64,000 nucleotides of DNA from Candidatus Omnitrophota bacterium (GCA_028712505.1 JAQTQC010000001.1:13635-77634); one strand, 5' to 3'. Shown: positions 39,635-52,760, numbered from the stretch's first letter. The notes: a model not told the origin generated them from the letters alone. Made by a program: numbers and translations.

Positions 39635-40972
39635 ATGCTTGAGCTTGCCAAAAACTGGGATGAGGTATTAGGTGATTTAAAATCCAAGCTTGGAGAAACT
39701 ATATTTTCCACCTGGCTGGCCCCCTTAAAATTTTCTACCGCGGATAGCCAAAACATCAAATTAGAGGCTCCTGATCAGTTTTTTAAGGATTGGGTTGAGA
39801 AACACTATCTTGGACTAATCCAAGAAGCTTTGAAAAATAAGGGATTGAATAATCTGTTAGTAAAGTTAAGTGTGGCCGATACCCAGGATGCCCCGCTTAC
39901 ACCAAATAAGCCCGCTGAAACGAATATCAAAACCCCTCAACCGGCAGGACACCTTAATTTAAATTCACGCTATACTTTTGAAAATTTTGTAATCGGACAA
40001 TCAAACCGCCATGCCCATGCGTACTCACTGGCTGTCGCAAATTCACCAGCTAAAACATACAACCCGTTGTTCATTTATGGAGGAGTGGGATTGGGAAAAA
40101 CACACCTTATCCAAGCCATCTGCCATCAAATAAAGAATAATAGCGCGGCGGGGACAAAAATATGTTATGTCTCAAGTGAAAAATTTACTAATGAGTTGAT
40201 CGATGCCATACTCCATCGCACCACTACCTCTTTCAGACAGAAATACCGCAACCTTGATGTTTTGGTTATTGATGATATTCATTTTATCGCCGGGAAAGAA
40301 TCAACTCAGGAAGAATTTTTTCACACTTTTAACGCACTATACGACTCACATAAACAAATCGTTTTTTCCTCTGACCGTCCGCCGAAAGAAATAACCAACC
40401 TGCAGGACCGCCTGGTTTCACGATTCGGCTGGGGTTTAGCTACAGATATCCAGCCGCCGGATTTAGAAACCCGGGTTGCCATTCTAAAGAAAAAGATTGA
40501 ACGCGAACCTGTCAGCGTGCCCGATGATGTCATATTCTTTATCGCGCAATTAATCAAAACAAATATTCGCGAATTAGAGGGAGCGCTGATCAGAACAATC
40601 GCTTATTCTTTATTAGAAGAGGAGCCGGTAACCCTGGAACTCACTAAAGAGGTGCTCAAAGACTTACTAAAAGAGCCGAAGAAATTAATTACCGTGGATT
40701 TTATTCAACGCTGCGTAGCTGAAGAGTTTGGAGTATCTTTACAGGAATTAAAAACCAAACGCCGGAACAAACAAGTTGTTTTTCCCCGGCAAATTGCCAT
40801 GTATTTAAGTAGAGAGTTAACCGATTTATCTCTCCCTGAAGTAGGGGAGCTTTTTGGAGGCAAGGATCATACTACGGTTTTACACTCCTACAAGAAAATT
40901 AAAGAGGATATCTATAATAACCCGGAATTAAAAGAACGGGTAGAAAAAGTTATTCAGGTTATTAAACAGTAA
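39635..40972 (+). CDS. dnaA: chromosomal replication initiator protein DnaA
   Basis: AAA+ Walker A 'GGVGLGKTHL' and the domain IV DNA-binding helix-turn-helix (ends '…VLHSYKKIKEDIYNNPELKERVEKV'). 445 aa. Confidence 0.95.
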   Translation: MLELAKNWDEVLGDLKSKLGETIFSTWLAPLKFSTADSQNIKLEAPDQFFKDWVEKHYLGLIQEALKNKGLNNLLVKLSVADTQDAPLTPNKPAETNIKTPQPAGHLNLNSRYTFENFVIGQSNRHAHAYSLAVANSPAKTYNPLFIYGGVGLGKTHLIQAICHQIKNNSAAGTKICYVSSEKFTNELIDAILHRTTTSFRQKYRNLDVLVIDDIHFIAGKESTQEEFFHTFNALYDSHKQIVFSSDRPPKEITNLQDRLVSRFGWGLATDIQPPDLETRVAILKKKIEREPVSVPDDVIFFIAQLIKTNIRELEGALIRTIAYSLLEEEPVTLELTKEVLKDLLKEPKKLITVDFIQRCVAEEFGVSLQELKTKRRNKQVVFPRQIAMYLSRELTDLSLPEVGELFGGKDHTTVLHSYKKIKEDIYNNPELKERVEKVIQVIKQ

Positions 40973-41114
40973 TTCAAGGGTTATTGGATACAAAATTTTC
41001 ACTCAACCCACTTTTAATTAAAGGGGTTGCGCATTTTTCAACAGAAACCTAACCCCTTTAATACTACGATGATATTAAGATTTTAAATATATATAAATAG
41101 AAGGAGATTGGATA

Positions 41115-42206
41115 ATGAAATTTAAAGTGGATAAAGATAGCTTAGTTAGTGCAATTCAAACTGTGCAAAATATAATTACCGCAAAATCCGCCTTACCGAT
41201 ACTCTCTAATATATTGATTGAAACTCAGCAGGGTGTTATAAGGTTGACCGCAACCGATTTAGATATAGGAATAACCTGTGTAATTCCTGTGGATATCCAG
41301 GAGCAGGGAGCAATCACTATTCCTGCTAAAAGATTTAGCGATATAATTAAAGAGTTTCCTGTTGATATTGTTAGTGTTACAACAAAAAAGAATAATTTAG
41401 TTGTAATTGAATCTGAGTTGTGCCAATTTAAAATCATGGGTTTGGCAAAAGAGGAGTTCCCGAAACTTCCAGAGTTTAAAGACAAAAAAGTTATTAAGAT
41501 TGAGCAGTCAACTTTAAAAGAAATGCTCGCTTTGACTTCTTTTGCGGTATCTTTTGATGAAACAAGATATATTTTAAACGGGATTCTTTTTAGGATCTGT
41601 AAGGGGGTTTTGACCCTTGTTTCTACGGACGGTAAGAGGTTGGCGATTGCGGAGAGAAAGTTAAGTGTGGATATTGATGCCGATATAAGTATTATTGTTC
41701 CTATTAAAACAATACATGAATTGAATCGCAATTTAAAGGATGATGGGGAGCTGTCTTTGGTTGTTGGTAGCAACCAGGCTCTTTTTGATCTGGGAAATGT
41801 GGTAATAATTTCTCGTTTAATCGAGGGGGAATTTCCGGATTACAAACAAGTTGTTCCTGCGGTATCTGAAAATAAAATGAAAATTGTACGTAGCCAATTT
41901 TTGTTGGCGGTAAAAAGGGCAGCACTTTTGGCCACCCCTGATTATCAGGCTGTAAAATTAGAAGTATTTAAAAACAAGCTTGTGATTTCTAAGTCTACGC
42001 CAGATGTAGGAGAGTTTCATGAAGAATTAGCAGCGGAATATCAGGGTAGGGAATTAATTATTGGTTTCAACCCGGTTTACTTGATGGATATTTTGAAGAA
42101 CCTCAGCGATGAATTTATTAATTTAGAATTAACTGACGGAGAAAAACCCGGGGTTATCCGTATTAGCGGGTATATTTATATAGTATTACCTATGCGGATT
42201 AATTAA
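41115..42206 (+). CDS. dnaN: DNA polymerase III beta subunit (sliding clamp)
   Basis: 'MKFKVDKDSLVSAIQTVQNIITAKSALPILSNILIE' and a three-domain clamp architecture. 363 aa. Directly downstream of dnaA. Confidence 0.93.
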   Translation: MKFKVDKDSLVSAIQTVQNIITAKSALPILSNILIETQQGVIRLTATDLDIGITCVIPVDIQEQGAITIPAKRFSDIIKEFPVDIVSVTTKKNNLVVIESELCQFKIMGLAKEEFPKLPEFKDKKVIKIEQSTLKEMLALTSFAVSFDETRYILNGILFRICKGVLTLVSTDGKRLAIAERKLSVDIDADISIIVPIKTIHELNRNLKDDGELSLVVGSNQALFDLGNVVIISRLIEGEFPDYKQVVPAVSENKMKIVRSQFLLAVKRAALLATPDYQAVKLEVFKNKLVISKSTPDVGEFHEELAAEYQGRELIIGFNPVYLMDILKNLSDEFINLELTDGEKPGVIRISGYIYIVLPMRIN

Positions 42207-42208
42207 AA

Positions 42209-44934
<2,726 letters not shown>

Positions 44935-44936
44935 TT

Positions 44937-45770
44937 ATGGAAATAATTATACCGAAAAAAAACAAAGTGGCTGTTCATCCAGTTGTTGTTTTTAAGCAAG
45001 CCTGGGGTATCTGCAAAGGCAACCTGAATAAGCTAAGCGCCATTTACCTGATTTTTAATGTGCCGATTTCCATTGCTTTTTTAATGCCTATAGCAGGTAA
45101 ACCTCAGGATCAGTCAAACTCACCATGGCTGCTTTTGTTTTACATCTTGATTTTGATAGCAAGTATCTGGAGTCATATTGCCTTGCTGCTAGCTGCTAAA
45201 AAGGCGGTTAACCTAGAGCCTTATTCAATCAGCCAGAGCATAAATCAGGTCAGAGAGTTCTTTTTTAAATACCTGGGGACAGTCCTGCTTTCTATTTTAA
45301 TTTTTATGGCCATAGTAATATTTGGTTGGGTATCTGTAACGATGATTTTAGGGGTATTGTCAAAAGTTAATAGAATGCTGGCAGTATCTGCTGGTCTTAT
45401 CATAACAATAGCAGTTCTTGTGTTTTTAGTCTATCTTATGTTGCGCTGGTCACTGGCCACAGCAGCTTGCGTTCTTGAGAATGTACGTCCGGTTACTGCT
45501 TTAAAGCGCAGTTTTTCTCTGATCACGGAATATGTGTATCCTGTTGCAGGTACTTATTGTTTAATCATGCTTATATATATTGTTTGTCTGATGTTTTTTA
45601 TTATTGTAGGGGGATTCTTGAACATCGGTAGCGATATCGAACAAGCCAACCGGATAAGTACAGTATTCAGTTTGATTATTAACATTGTGCTGATGCCGTT
45701 TTGGAGCACGATCACAGTAACGTTGTATAGAAAATTGAAAGAGGCGAAAGAGGCTTATGTACACGCGTAA
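44937..45770 (+). CDS. hypothetical polytopic membrane protein inserted between gyrB and gyrA
   Basis: 277 aa with ~6 predicted TM helices and no family motif I can name. Start 3 nt after the gyrB stop. Its end overlaps the gyrA start. Confidence 0.45.
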   Translation: MEIIIPKKNKVAVHPVVVFKQAWGICKGNLNKLSAIYLIFNVPISIAFLMPIAGKPQDQSNSPWLLLFYILILIASIWSHIALLLAAKKAVNLEPYSISQSINQVREFFFKYLGTVLLSILIFMAIVIFGWVSVTMILGVLSKVNRMLAVSAGLIITIAVLVFLVYLMLRWSLATAACVLENVRPVTALKRSFSLITEYVYPVAGTYCLIMLIYIVCLMFFIIVGGFLNIGSDIEQANRISTVFSLIINIVLMPFWSTITVTLYRKLKEAKEAYVHA

Positions 45771-48186
45771 CGATAAAATAGTACCGGTTAACATTGAAGA
45801 AGAGGTTAAGGATTCTTATCTAAATTACGCAATGAGCGTGATTGTTGGTCGCGCCCTGCCCGATGTGCGTGATGGTTTAAAACCGGTACACCGCAGAATT
45901 CTTTATGCCATGCAAGAACTTAATCTTGAGCATTCCAAGCCTTATAAAAAATGCGCGCGTATAGTTGGTGAAACTATGGGTAAATATCATCCCCATGGAG
46001 ATATGGCAATTTATGATACTCTGGTGAGGATGGCTCAGGATTTTACCTTGCGTTATCCACTGGTTGATGGACAGGGTAACTTTGGATCGGTTGACGGTGA
46101 TACTGCCGCAGCTATGCGTTATACCGAGGCCCGTCTTGCCGCAATTTCCGAGGAGTTGCTCGGGGATATTGATAAAGATACAGTTGTCTTCGGCCCAAAT
46201 TTCGACTCTTCTTTGAAAGAACCGTTGCTTTTACCAGCCAGCTTGCCTAATCTTTTAGTTAATGGCTCTAGCGGTATTGCCGTGGGCATGGCTACTAACA
46301 TACCTCCACATAATTTGAGTGAAGTTTGTGATGCAATTATCTATCTGCTTGATCATCCCGAAGCTGAAATCAAGGACCTTATGCGCTATATCAAGGGTCC
46401 GGATTTTCCTACCGGAGGTTTAATTTGCGGCAAAACAGGGATTAAAGATGCCTATATGACTGGCAGAGGTAAGCTTTTGGTACGCGCCAGGGCAACTGTT
46501 GAGCATCAGAAAAACGGCAAAGATCTGATTATTTTTACCGAGATCCCTTATCAAGTTCAGAAATCAGGTATTATCGAGTCTATCGCCGCTTTAGTTGAAG
46601 ATAAGAAAATTGAAGGAATATCTGATATCCGCGATGAGTCGGATAAAGAAGGTATGCGTATTGTGGTTGAGCTTAAGAGAGATATTGAATCACAGATCGT
46701 TTTAAACCAACTTTTCAAACATACCCAATTAGAAAATACGTTTGGTATTATTATGTTGGCCCTGGTGGATAACCGGCCTAAAGTTTTAAACTTACGCCAG
46801 GTGCTGGATTGTTATATCGAACATCGCAAGGTAGTTATTCGCAGGCGTACCCAATTTGAACTAGATAAGGCATTGAAACGCGCGCACATTTTAGAAGGTT
46901 TGAAAATTGCGCTTAAGTTTATAGATCGGATTATTAAGGTCATCAAGACTTCCAAGAGTGTGGAAATTGCCAAATTAAACTTGATGAAGGAGTTTGGGCT
47001 TTCCGAGATTCAGTCGCAGGCGATACTTGAAATGCAACTGCAGCGTTTAACTGCTCTTGAACGTGATAAAATTGATGCGGAGTATGAAGAGCTTCTGAAG
47101 AAAATTGAATTATGCCGGGCGATCTTGGCTTCTCAGAAGAAGATAGAGGCGATTATCAAGGAAGAGCTTGAAAATTTAAAGAAAAAGTATGGGGATGAGC
47201 GGCGAACGGATATTGTAGGTGAGGCAGAAGAGTTGGAAGTTGAAGATTTGATTGCCGAAGAGGACGTAGTAGTGACAATCAGCCACGGTGGTTACATTAA
47301 ACGCCTGCCGGTAAGCTCGTACCGCAAACAAAAACGCGGAGGCACGGGAGCAACAGGTGCAGAACTTAAAGAAGAAGATTTTAGCGAACATCTTTTTGTC
47401 GCCTCGACCAAAGATTACCTGCTTATTTTTACGGACAAGGGCCAGGTACATTGGTTAAAGGTTTATGAAATACCCCAGGCCAGCCGTATTTCTAAAGGTA
47501 AGGCAATTGTTAATCTCGTGCAGATGGAGGCGGCAGCCAAGGTTAGTTCAACTATACCGGTAAAGGAGTTCTCTCCCGACAAGTATTTAGTTATGGTTAC
47601 CAAACTTGGGCAGATCAAGAAAACTAAGCTTGAAGCATACGGTAATCCGCGCAAGGGCGGGATTATCGGGATTACTTTAGATAAAGACGATGTGTTGATC
47701 GGGGTGGAGATGACTGATGGGAAGCAGGAATTGCTTATCGGGACTAAGCAGGGTAAGGCGATAAGATTTTCCGAGGAAAAGGTGCGCGATATGGGTAGAG
47801 GAGCTCAGGGCGTACGCGCAATCTCCTTGGCGAAAAAAGATGAAGTTATCGATATGGTGGTTCCCCAAAAATCCTCTACCATACTTACGGTTACGGCTTT
47901 AGGTTTTGCAAAACGCACTACCATTGATGAGTATCGGCTAACCAGCCGTGGAGGTAAAGGGGTGATTAATATAAAAGTCACGGATAAAAACGGCGAAGCT
48001 GTAAATTTAAAGACCGTTAATGATAAAGACGAGCTTATGGTGATTACTCAAAACGGAATATTTTTACGTTGTGCAATAAAAGATATCCGTGAAACCGGTC
48101 GTTCGTCCCAAGGTGTGCGGTTAATCAAGTTGCAGGATAAAGACCGGGTTTCTTGTGTTGCTCCGGTAATTGCTGAGGAAGAATAA
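45757..48186 (+). CDS. gyrA: DNA gyrase subunit A
   Basis: '[29 protein letters not shown]' with the active-site Tyr region ('AAMRYTE'), a GyrA-box and a C-terminal beta-pinwheel. 809 aa. Confidence 0.95.
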   Translation: MYTRNDKIVPVNIEEEVKDSYLNYAMSVIVGRALPDVRDGLKPVHRRILYAMQELNLEHSKPYKKCARIVGETMGKYHPHGDMAIYDTLVRMAQDFTLRYPLVDGQGNFGSVDGDTAAAMRYTEARLAAISEELLGDIDKDTVVFGPNFDSSLKEPLLLPASLPNLLVNGSSGIAVGMATNIPPHNLSEVCDAIIYLLDHPEAEIKDLMRYIKGPDFPTGGLICGKTGIKDAYMTGRGKLLVRARATVEHQKNGKDLIIFTEIPYQVQKSGIIESIAALVEDKKIEGISDIRDESDKEGMRIVVELKRDIESQIVLNQLFKHTQLENTFGIIMLALVDNRPKVLNLRQVLDCYIEHRKVVIRRRTQFELDKALKRAHILEGLKIALKFIDRIIKVIKTSKSVEIAKLNLMKEFGLSEIQSQAILEMQLQRLTALERDKIDAEYEELLKKIELCRAILASQKKIEAIIKEELENLKKKYGDERRTDIVGEAEELEVEDLIAEEDVVVTISHGGYIKRLPVSSYRKQKRGGTGATGAELKEEDFSEHLFVASTKDYLLIFTDKGQVHWLKVYEIPQASRISKGKAIVNLVQMEAAAKVSSTIPVKEFSPDKYLVMVTKLGQIKKTKLEAYGNPRKGGIIGITLDKDDVLIGVEMTDGKQELLIGTKQGKAIRFSEEKVRDMGRGAQGVRAISLAKKDEVIDMVVPQKSSTILTVTALGFAKRTTIDEYRLTSRGGKGVINIKVTDKNGEAVNLKTVNDKDELMVITQNGIFLRCAIKDIRETGRSSQGVRLIKLQDKDRVSCVAPVIAEEE

Positions 48187-48191
48187 ACTCT

Positions 48192-48266
48192 GACCCTGTC
48201 GTCTAGCCTGGTCTAGGACAAGAGCTTTTCAAGCTCTCGACACGGGTTCAAATCCCGTCAGGGTCA
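48192..48266 (+). tRNA. tRNA-Glu (anticodon TTC)
   Basis: 'GACCCTGTCGTCTAGCCTGGTCTAGGACAAGAGCTTTTCAAGCTCTCGACACGGGTTCAAATCCCGTCAGGGTCA'. Glu-type D-arm (GTCTAG..AGGAC), T-loop TTCAAAT. No encoded CCA. Confidence 0.85.
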
Positions 48267-48390
48267 CTAAATTTATAAAGGGTGCTCTCCCAGTCGTAGA
48301 GCGCTACGAAAATCTTAATAAATTTTCTTGCTGCGACCGGGATTTCGCTAAATGGGCTTGCCAAATGGAAAGCCCGGGAGTGTGCTCAAA

Positions 48391-50226
48391 ATGTGTGGGA
48401 TAGTCGGATATATCGGTGAAAGGCCAGCTCAGAAAATTCTTTTGACTGGCCTTAAGCGTTTAGAATACCGCGGATATGATTCCAGCGGCATGGCGGTCAT
48501 TTTGCCTACTAAAGGCACTCTTGCAATAAGAAAGTCCCCCGGAAAAATCAGCTGTCTCGATAAACTGCTTAGGTCTAAGCCGCTCGATGGTTCGGTAGGG
48601 ATTGCGCATACCCGCTGGGCTACCCATGGCGCACCTACTCAAGCCAATGCCCATCCCCATGCTGATTGCGATAATGAAATTGTCCTGGTGCATAATGGGA
48701 TTATTGAAAATTATGAAACCTTGAAGAATCAGTTGATTAAAGAGGGGCATGTATTCCGCAGTCAGACAGATACAGAGGTGATCGTTCATCTTATAGAGAA
48801 GTTTTATAAAGATATCCCCTTAGAGGATGCAGTGCGCAAGGCCTTAAGATTGGTCAGTGGATCTTTCGCTATTGCGGTTATTTCCCGGCGTGAGCCGGAA
48901 AAATTGATTGGCGCCCGTTCCGGAAGCCCTTTAATAGCGGGGATAGGTAAAAACGAAAATTTTCTTGCCTCAGATGCCCCAGCAATTTTAGAATACACCA
49001 AAGATATAATATTCTTGGAGGAGAATGAAATTGCGATTTTGAATAAAGATCGTTTTAAGATAGTCGACCTTAATGGTAAAGAAGTAACCAGGAATCCGGT
49101 GCGGCTCAACTGGGATATTGAACAAGCGCAGAAGCAGGGATATAAACATTTCATGCTTAAAGAAATCAACGAGCAGCCAAAAATCATTGAAAATCTTATT
49201 GGGCTTAGGATCCCAAGGGACGGCAGGGTTATCTTTAAAGAACAATATATCGGGGTTAATAAGTTAAAGAGCATTAAGAATATCTTTGTTGTTGCCTGCG
49301 GTACAGCCTATCACGCCGGCCTAGTAGGGAAATATGTTTTTGAAACGCTTTCCAAGGTTCCTACATATATAGATGTATCGAGCGAATTCCGTTATCGCGA
49401 CCTGCTGATTAATAAAGATACCCTGGTCTTGGCAATCAGTCAATCTGGCGAAACCGCCGATACTTTGGCAGGTGTCAGGCAGGCGCATAAGCTGGGGGCC
49501 TCGGTAATTTCTATATGCAATGTTTTAGGTTCAACCTTAACCCGCGAATCAGACGGAGTAATGTATACTCATGCGGGGCCGGAGATTGGCGTAGCTTCTA
49601 CCAAGGCCTATACTGCACAGCTGGCCGCAATTTATTTATTTGCTTTTTATCTGGCTAGGATCCGCAATACAATCTCTTTGTCCAAGCTGGATAAGCTGAT
49701 TACAGAATTGAAACAAGTCCCTGATAAGCAGGCGGAGATTTTGAAGGGGCAAGATGTTATTGCCCGTATCTCCCGCAGGCATTCTCACCTGGGGTCTTTT
49801 TTGTATCTGGGCAGGAATATGAATTATCCTTCAGCTTTAGAAGGGGCATTAAAGTTAAAAGAAATTTCGTATATTCCGGCGGAGGGTTATGCTGCCGGAG
49901 AGATGAAGCATGGACCAATAGCCTTAATTGACGAGTATCGCGCAGTAGTTTGTCTGGCGCCAGAATCGAAGGTTTACGAAAAGATGATTTCAAATATCCA
50001 GGAGATTCGTTCTCGCCGTGGTAAGATTATCGCCATTGCCACGGAGGGAGATGAAAATATTAAAGAATTAACTGAAGAATTAATCTATATCCCCAAGTGC
50101 GATGAATTGTTTTCTCCTCTTTTGGTTGCCTTGCCGTTACAGCTTTTAGCATATCATATATCAGTTAAGCGTGGTTGTGACGTTGACCAGCCGCGTAACT
50201 TAGCCAAGTCAGTAACTGTGGAATAA
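48391..50226 (+). CDS. glmS: glutamine--fructose-6-phosphate aminotransferase (isomerising)
   Basis: Start placed at 'MCGIVGY' (Cys2 is the Ntn nucleophile). The ORF track begins 13 codons earlier. Two SIS domains and the C-terminal '...VKRGCDVDQPRNLAKSVTVE'. Confidence 0.93.
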   Translation: MCGIVGYIGERPAQKILLTGLKRLEYRGYDSSGMAVILPTKGTLAIRKSPGKISCLDKLLRSKPLDGSVGIAHTRWATHGAPTQANAHPHADCDNEIVLVHNGIIENYETLKNQLIKEGHVFRSQTDTEVIVHLIEKFYKDIPLEDAVRKALRLVSGSFAIAVISRREPEKLIGARSGSPLIAGIGKNENFLASDAPAILEYTKDIIFLEENEIAILNKDRFKIVDLNGKEVTRNPVRLNWDIEQAQKQGYKHFMLKEINEQPKIIENLIGLRIPRDGRVIFKEQYIGVNKLKSIKNIFVVACGTAYHAGLVGKYVFETLSKVPTYIDVSSEFRYRDLLINKDTLVLAISQSGETADTLAGVRQAHKLGASVISICNVLGSTLTRESDGVMYTHAGPEIGVASTKAYTAQLAAIYLFAFYLARIRNTISLSKLDKLITELKQVPDKQAEILKGQDVIARISRRHSHLGSFLYLGRNMNYPSALEGALKLKEISYIPAEGYAAGEMKHGPIALIDEYRAVVCLAPESKVYEKMISNIQEIRSRRGKIIAIATEGDENIKELTEELIYIPKCDELFSPLLVALPLQLLAYHISVKRGCDVDQPRNLAKSVTVE

Positions 50227-50879
50227 TGCTTTATATCGTTGGTACGCCAATTGGCAACTTAAAAGATATTTCTCTTAGGGCGATAGAGGTTTTAAAAGAT
50301 GTAGATTTGATTGCCTGCGAAGATACCCGCCATACAAAAATCCTGCTTGATAATTATCTTATCAAAACACCCACTACAAGTTTTTTCCAACACAATAGGG
50401 TTACAAAAGCGGATTATATCCTTGGTTTATTAAAAGAGGGTAAGGATGTTGCTGTGGTTTCTGATGCCGGAACTCCGGGAATCCTTGATCCGGGATACAA
50501 TTTAATCAATTTGGCAATCAAGAATAATCTTGAAATGACCTTTATTCCCGGTGCAGCAGCTTTTGTCAGTGCGTTGGTGCTTTCCGGTAAGCCAGCCCAT
50601 GAGTTTTACTTTGGGGGGTTTTTGATTAACCGGACCCAGGCGCGTAAGAATCAACTTGAGAAACTAAAGAAATTTAATTGCACTTTAATCTTTTACGAAT
50701 CTTGTCATAGGATATTATCCAGCCTGGAAGACATAAGGGCGGTTTTTGGGGATAAAGAGATTGTGGTGGCCAGGGAATTAACCAAGAAATTTGAAGAAAT
50801 CCTGCGGGGAACGTCAGAGGCTGTCAAAAATAAGCTTGTTAAAATAAAACCCCGCGGTGAATTTGTGATTATTATTTAA
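50226..50879 (+). CDS. rsmI: 16S rRNA (cytidine1402-2'-O)-methyltransferase RsmI-like (tetrapyrrole-methylase fold)
   Basis: 'MLYIVGTPIGNLKDISLRAIEVLKDVDLIACEDTRHT' is the RsmI N-terminal signature. 217 aa is shorter than typical. Confidence 0.75.
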   Translation: MLYIVGTPIGNLKDISLRAIEVLKDVDLIACEDTRHTKILLDNYLIKTPTTSFFQHNRVTKADYILGLLKEGKDVAVVSDAGTPGILDPGYNLINLAIKNNLEMTFIPGAAAFVSALVLSGKPAHEFYFGGFLINRTQARKNQLEKLKKFNCTLIFYESCHRILSSLEDIRAVFGDKEIVVARELTKKFEEILRGTSEAVKNKLVKIKPRGEFVIII

Positions 50880-50923
50880 AAATACAGTAAAGTTTTAAAT
50901 TTGGGGCCTAAAATAAATAATGC

Positions 50924-50952
50924 TTGCAGTAGGACTGTGCAAGTAATATAAT
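50924..50952 (+). promoter_or_regulatory. near-consensus sigma70-type promoter (TTGCAG -17 bp- TATAAT)
   Basis: -35 TTGCAG at 50924-50929, a 17-bp spacer, -10 TATAAT at 50947-50952, then AGGAGG 8 nt before the ATG of the Lys-rich small ORF. Confidence 0.6.
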
Positions 50953-50968
50953 TTATTTAGGAGGAGCC

Positions 50969-51079
50969 ATGAAAATCAAAAAAATAGCTAAGAAGACGAA
51001 GGCAAGAAAAGTAAACAAGACGATTAAAAAGAAGAAAAAACTTTCCCGCTACTGCCGATCAGGCAGGGTCCTGTGGTAA
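50969..51079 (+). CDS. 36-aa Lys-rich small protein (MKIKKIAKKTKARKVNKTIKKKKKLSRYCRSGRVLW)
   Basis: Strong RBS (GGAGGAG) and consensus promoter immediately upstream. 17 of 36 residues are Lys. The C-terminal 'RYCRSGRVLW' contains Tyr, Cys and Trp. Lies 283 nt upstream of a radical-SAM/SPASM gene. Not in the ORF track (<60 aa). Confidence 0.5.
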   Translation: MKIKKIAKKTKARKVNKTIKKKKKLSRYCRSGRVLW

Positions 51080-51362
51080 ACTTCTTTAGTCTGATTTAAA
51101 TACCCATCCTCTTTGTGTTTCACCATCGTTCTGTCCAGCTTTCACTTAAACGGCGAGAGCATTCTCGTATTGTATTCGGAGGTGTGATATTAAAACCGCT
51201 GTTCCCGTTGTCCTCTTTCATAAATTAGGTCGCTATGTCGCTATTTCTACGGTTACCGGAGATTTTTACGATATTTCTCCTGAGGTTTACGATTTATTAA
51301 AAAAGTGGAACGAAGATGCATCTTTTTCTCCTCTCCCGCTTTCCCGGAGAAAAGTTGAGGAT

Positions 51363-52691
51363 TTGGCCAAAGAATTAGAGATTCCCTCGGAGATTAAGAA
51401 GCTTTTTCCCTTTCCTTCCGGGGATGAGCCATTTGACGCTGATAAGAACACTTCCCCCTGTCTAACCGATTTGACCCTTAATTTAACTTCTAGCTGTAAT
51501 CTTCGTTGTGTTTATTGTTGGAACGATCATGGTAAATATTCCAACCGTAAATTTTCAGGTAAGCGAAAAGGCCAATTCAGCGATAATGCTAAAAATGAGC
51601 AGATGTTACCCGAAACTGCTTTAAAAGCGGTGGATGTTTTAGTGGCAGCCCGCGGCAGGGATAAAGATTTGGTGGTTGATTTTTACGGCGGCGAGCCTTT
51701 GATGAATCTTAGGACGCTTAGGGAGACGGTTGATTATTGTCGGAAGAATCAGTCGAAATGGGGAGTAGTTTTTCATTTTCTCCTGGCAACGAATGGGACT
51801 TTTTTAACTCCGGATGTAGCTAAAGAATTAATTGATAAGGGAGTGCAGATTGCGATTAGTATTGATGGCCCCAAGGCGGTACATGATAATAACCGGCCGT
51901 TTATTGATCAAAAGGGGAGTTTTGACGCGATTTTATCCAATCTTAAAAGAATGCCTAAGGAGGTAATGAAAAGATTAGTCGGTCGGACTACGGTGACTCC
52001 CTTTTTCCCCGATATGGTAAAATTGTACGAAAACTTAAGAAAGTTGGGGTTTGAGCGGATTGAGCTTTTTGAGAGTGAAGATGCCTGTCACAGATTTCTT
52101 CCCGGGCAGGAAACAAGTTTTTTTAGCACCGAAGATAGCTATAGGCTTCTGTGTAAAACATATGAAAAACTGGCATTAAGATATATAGAGGATGTTGTCT
52201 CAGGTAATTTAAATTATAGCAAAACATTCTTTAACCGGTTTTTTAAATTAATGCAGAGGTTATATTATAATCATGAAGTTTCGGGTGGATGCCCTGCTGC
52301 GAAAGGGCAAATTGCCGTGGGTATCGATGGTAAAATCTATCCCTGCACTTCATTTTTAGGAGTGCAAGAATTTGAGTTAGGGGATGTAGATACAGGTATC
52401 AATAGCGTTAAATTCCAGGAGTTTATTAATAAGATAAACAAGCGTTTTGACCACTGCCGGAAAGACTGTGGATTATTCAGTCTTTGCCGTTCAACCGGGT
52501 CGTGTTTAAACGTAAATTATTTTTTTAACGGTGATCCTGCAGTCCCCCATAAAAGAAGTTGCGAGCTTTTTGCGGAGAAATTATCTTTGGCTGCGGCAAG
52601 CCTGGCGATACTTTCCGATAAAATCCCTCAGCGGCTTGAGGAGTTGTTTGGGTTTGACCCGATAGGCAGAAGGGGAAATAAATTATATTAA
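51363..52691 (+). CDS. radical SAM protein with C-terminal SPASM domain (peptide/protein-modifying maturase class)
   Basis: 'SSCNLRCVYCW' CxxxCxxC radical-SAM cluster. C-terminal Cys-rich SPASM region ('CPAAKGQIAVGIDGKIYPCTSF...CRKDCGLFSLCRSTGSC'). Apparent TTG start, with no in-frame ATG upstream. Confidence 0.8.
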   Translation: MAKELEIPSEIKKLFPFPSGDEPFDADKNTSPCLTDLTLNLTSSCNLRCVYCWNDHGKYSNRKFSGKRKGQFSDNAKNEQMLPETALKAVDVLVAARGRDKDLVVDFYGGEPLMNLRTLRETVDYCRKNQSKWGVVFHFLLATNGTFLTPDVAKELIDKGVQIAISIDGPKAVHDNNRPFIDQKGSFDAILSNLKRMPKEVMKRLVGRTTVTPFFPDMVKLYENLRKLGFERIELFESEDACHRFLPGQETSFFSTEDSYRLLCKTYEKLALRYIEDVVSGNLNYSKTFFNRFFKLMQRLYYNHEVSGGCPAAKGQIAVGIDGKIYPCTSFLGVQEFELGDVDTGINSVKFQEFINKINKRFDHCRKDCGLFSLCRSTGSCLNVNYFFNGDPAVPHKRSCELFAEKLSLAAASLAILSDKIPQRLEELFGFDPIGRRGNKLY

Positions 52692-52760
52692 AAAGATTAT
52701 TTCCCCGGGCGCGCCAACCTTTTTATCCAAAACAGTGTCAAGGATCTTTAGATAAAATAA

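Noticed and set aside
48267-48351. Stem-loop GTGCTCT-CCCAGTCGT-AGAGCGC between tRNA-Glu and glmS. Considered as a glmS ribozyme, a second tRNA or a tRNA fragment.
   Set aside because: No glmS-ribozyme core sequences (P2.1 pseudoknot, conserved GGGACGAGG-type segments) are recognisable and the leader is only ~120 nt. The D-arm-like hairpin is not followed by anticodon or T arms on either strand. Most likely a simple hairpin or partial terminator after tRNA-Glu.
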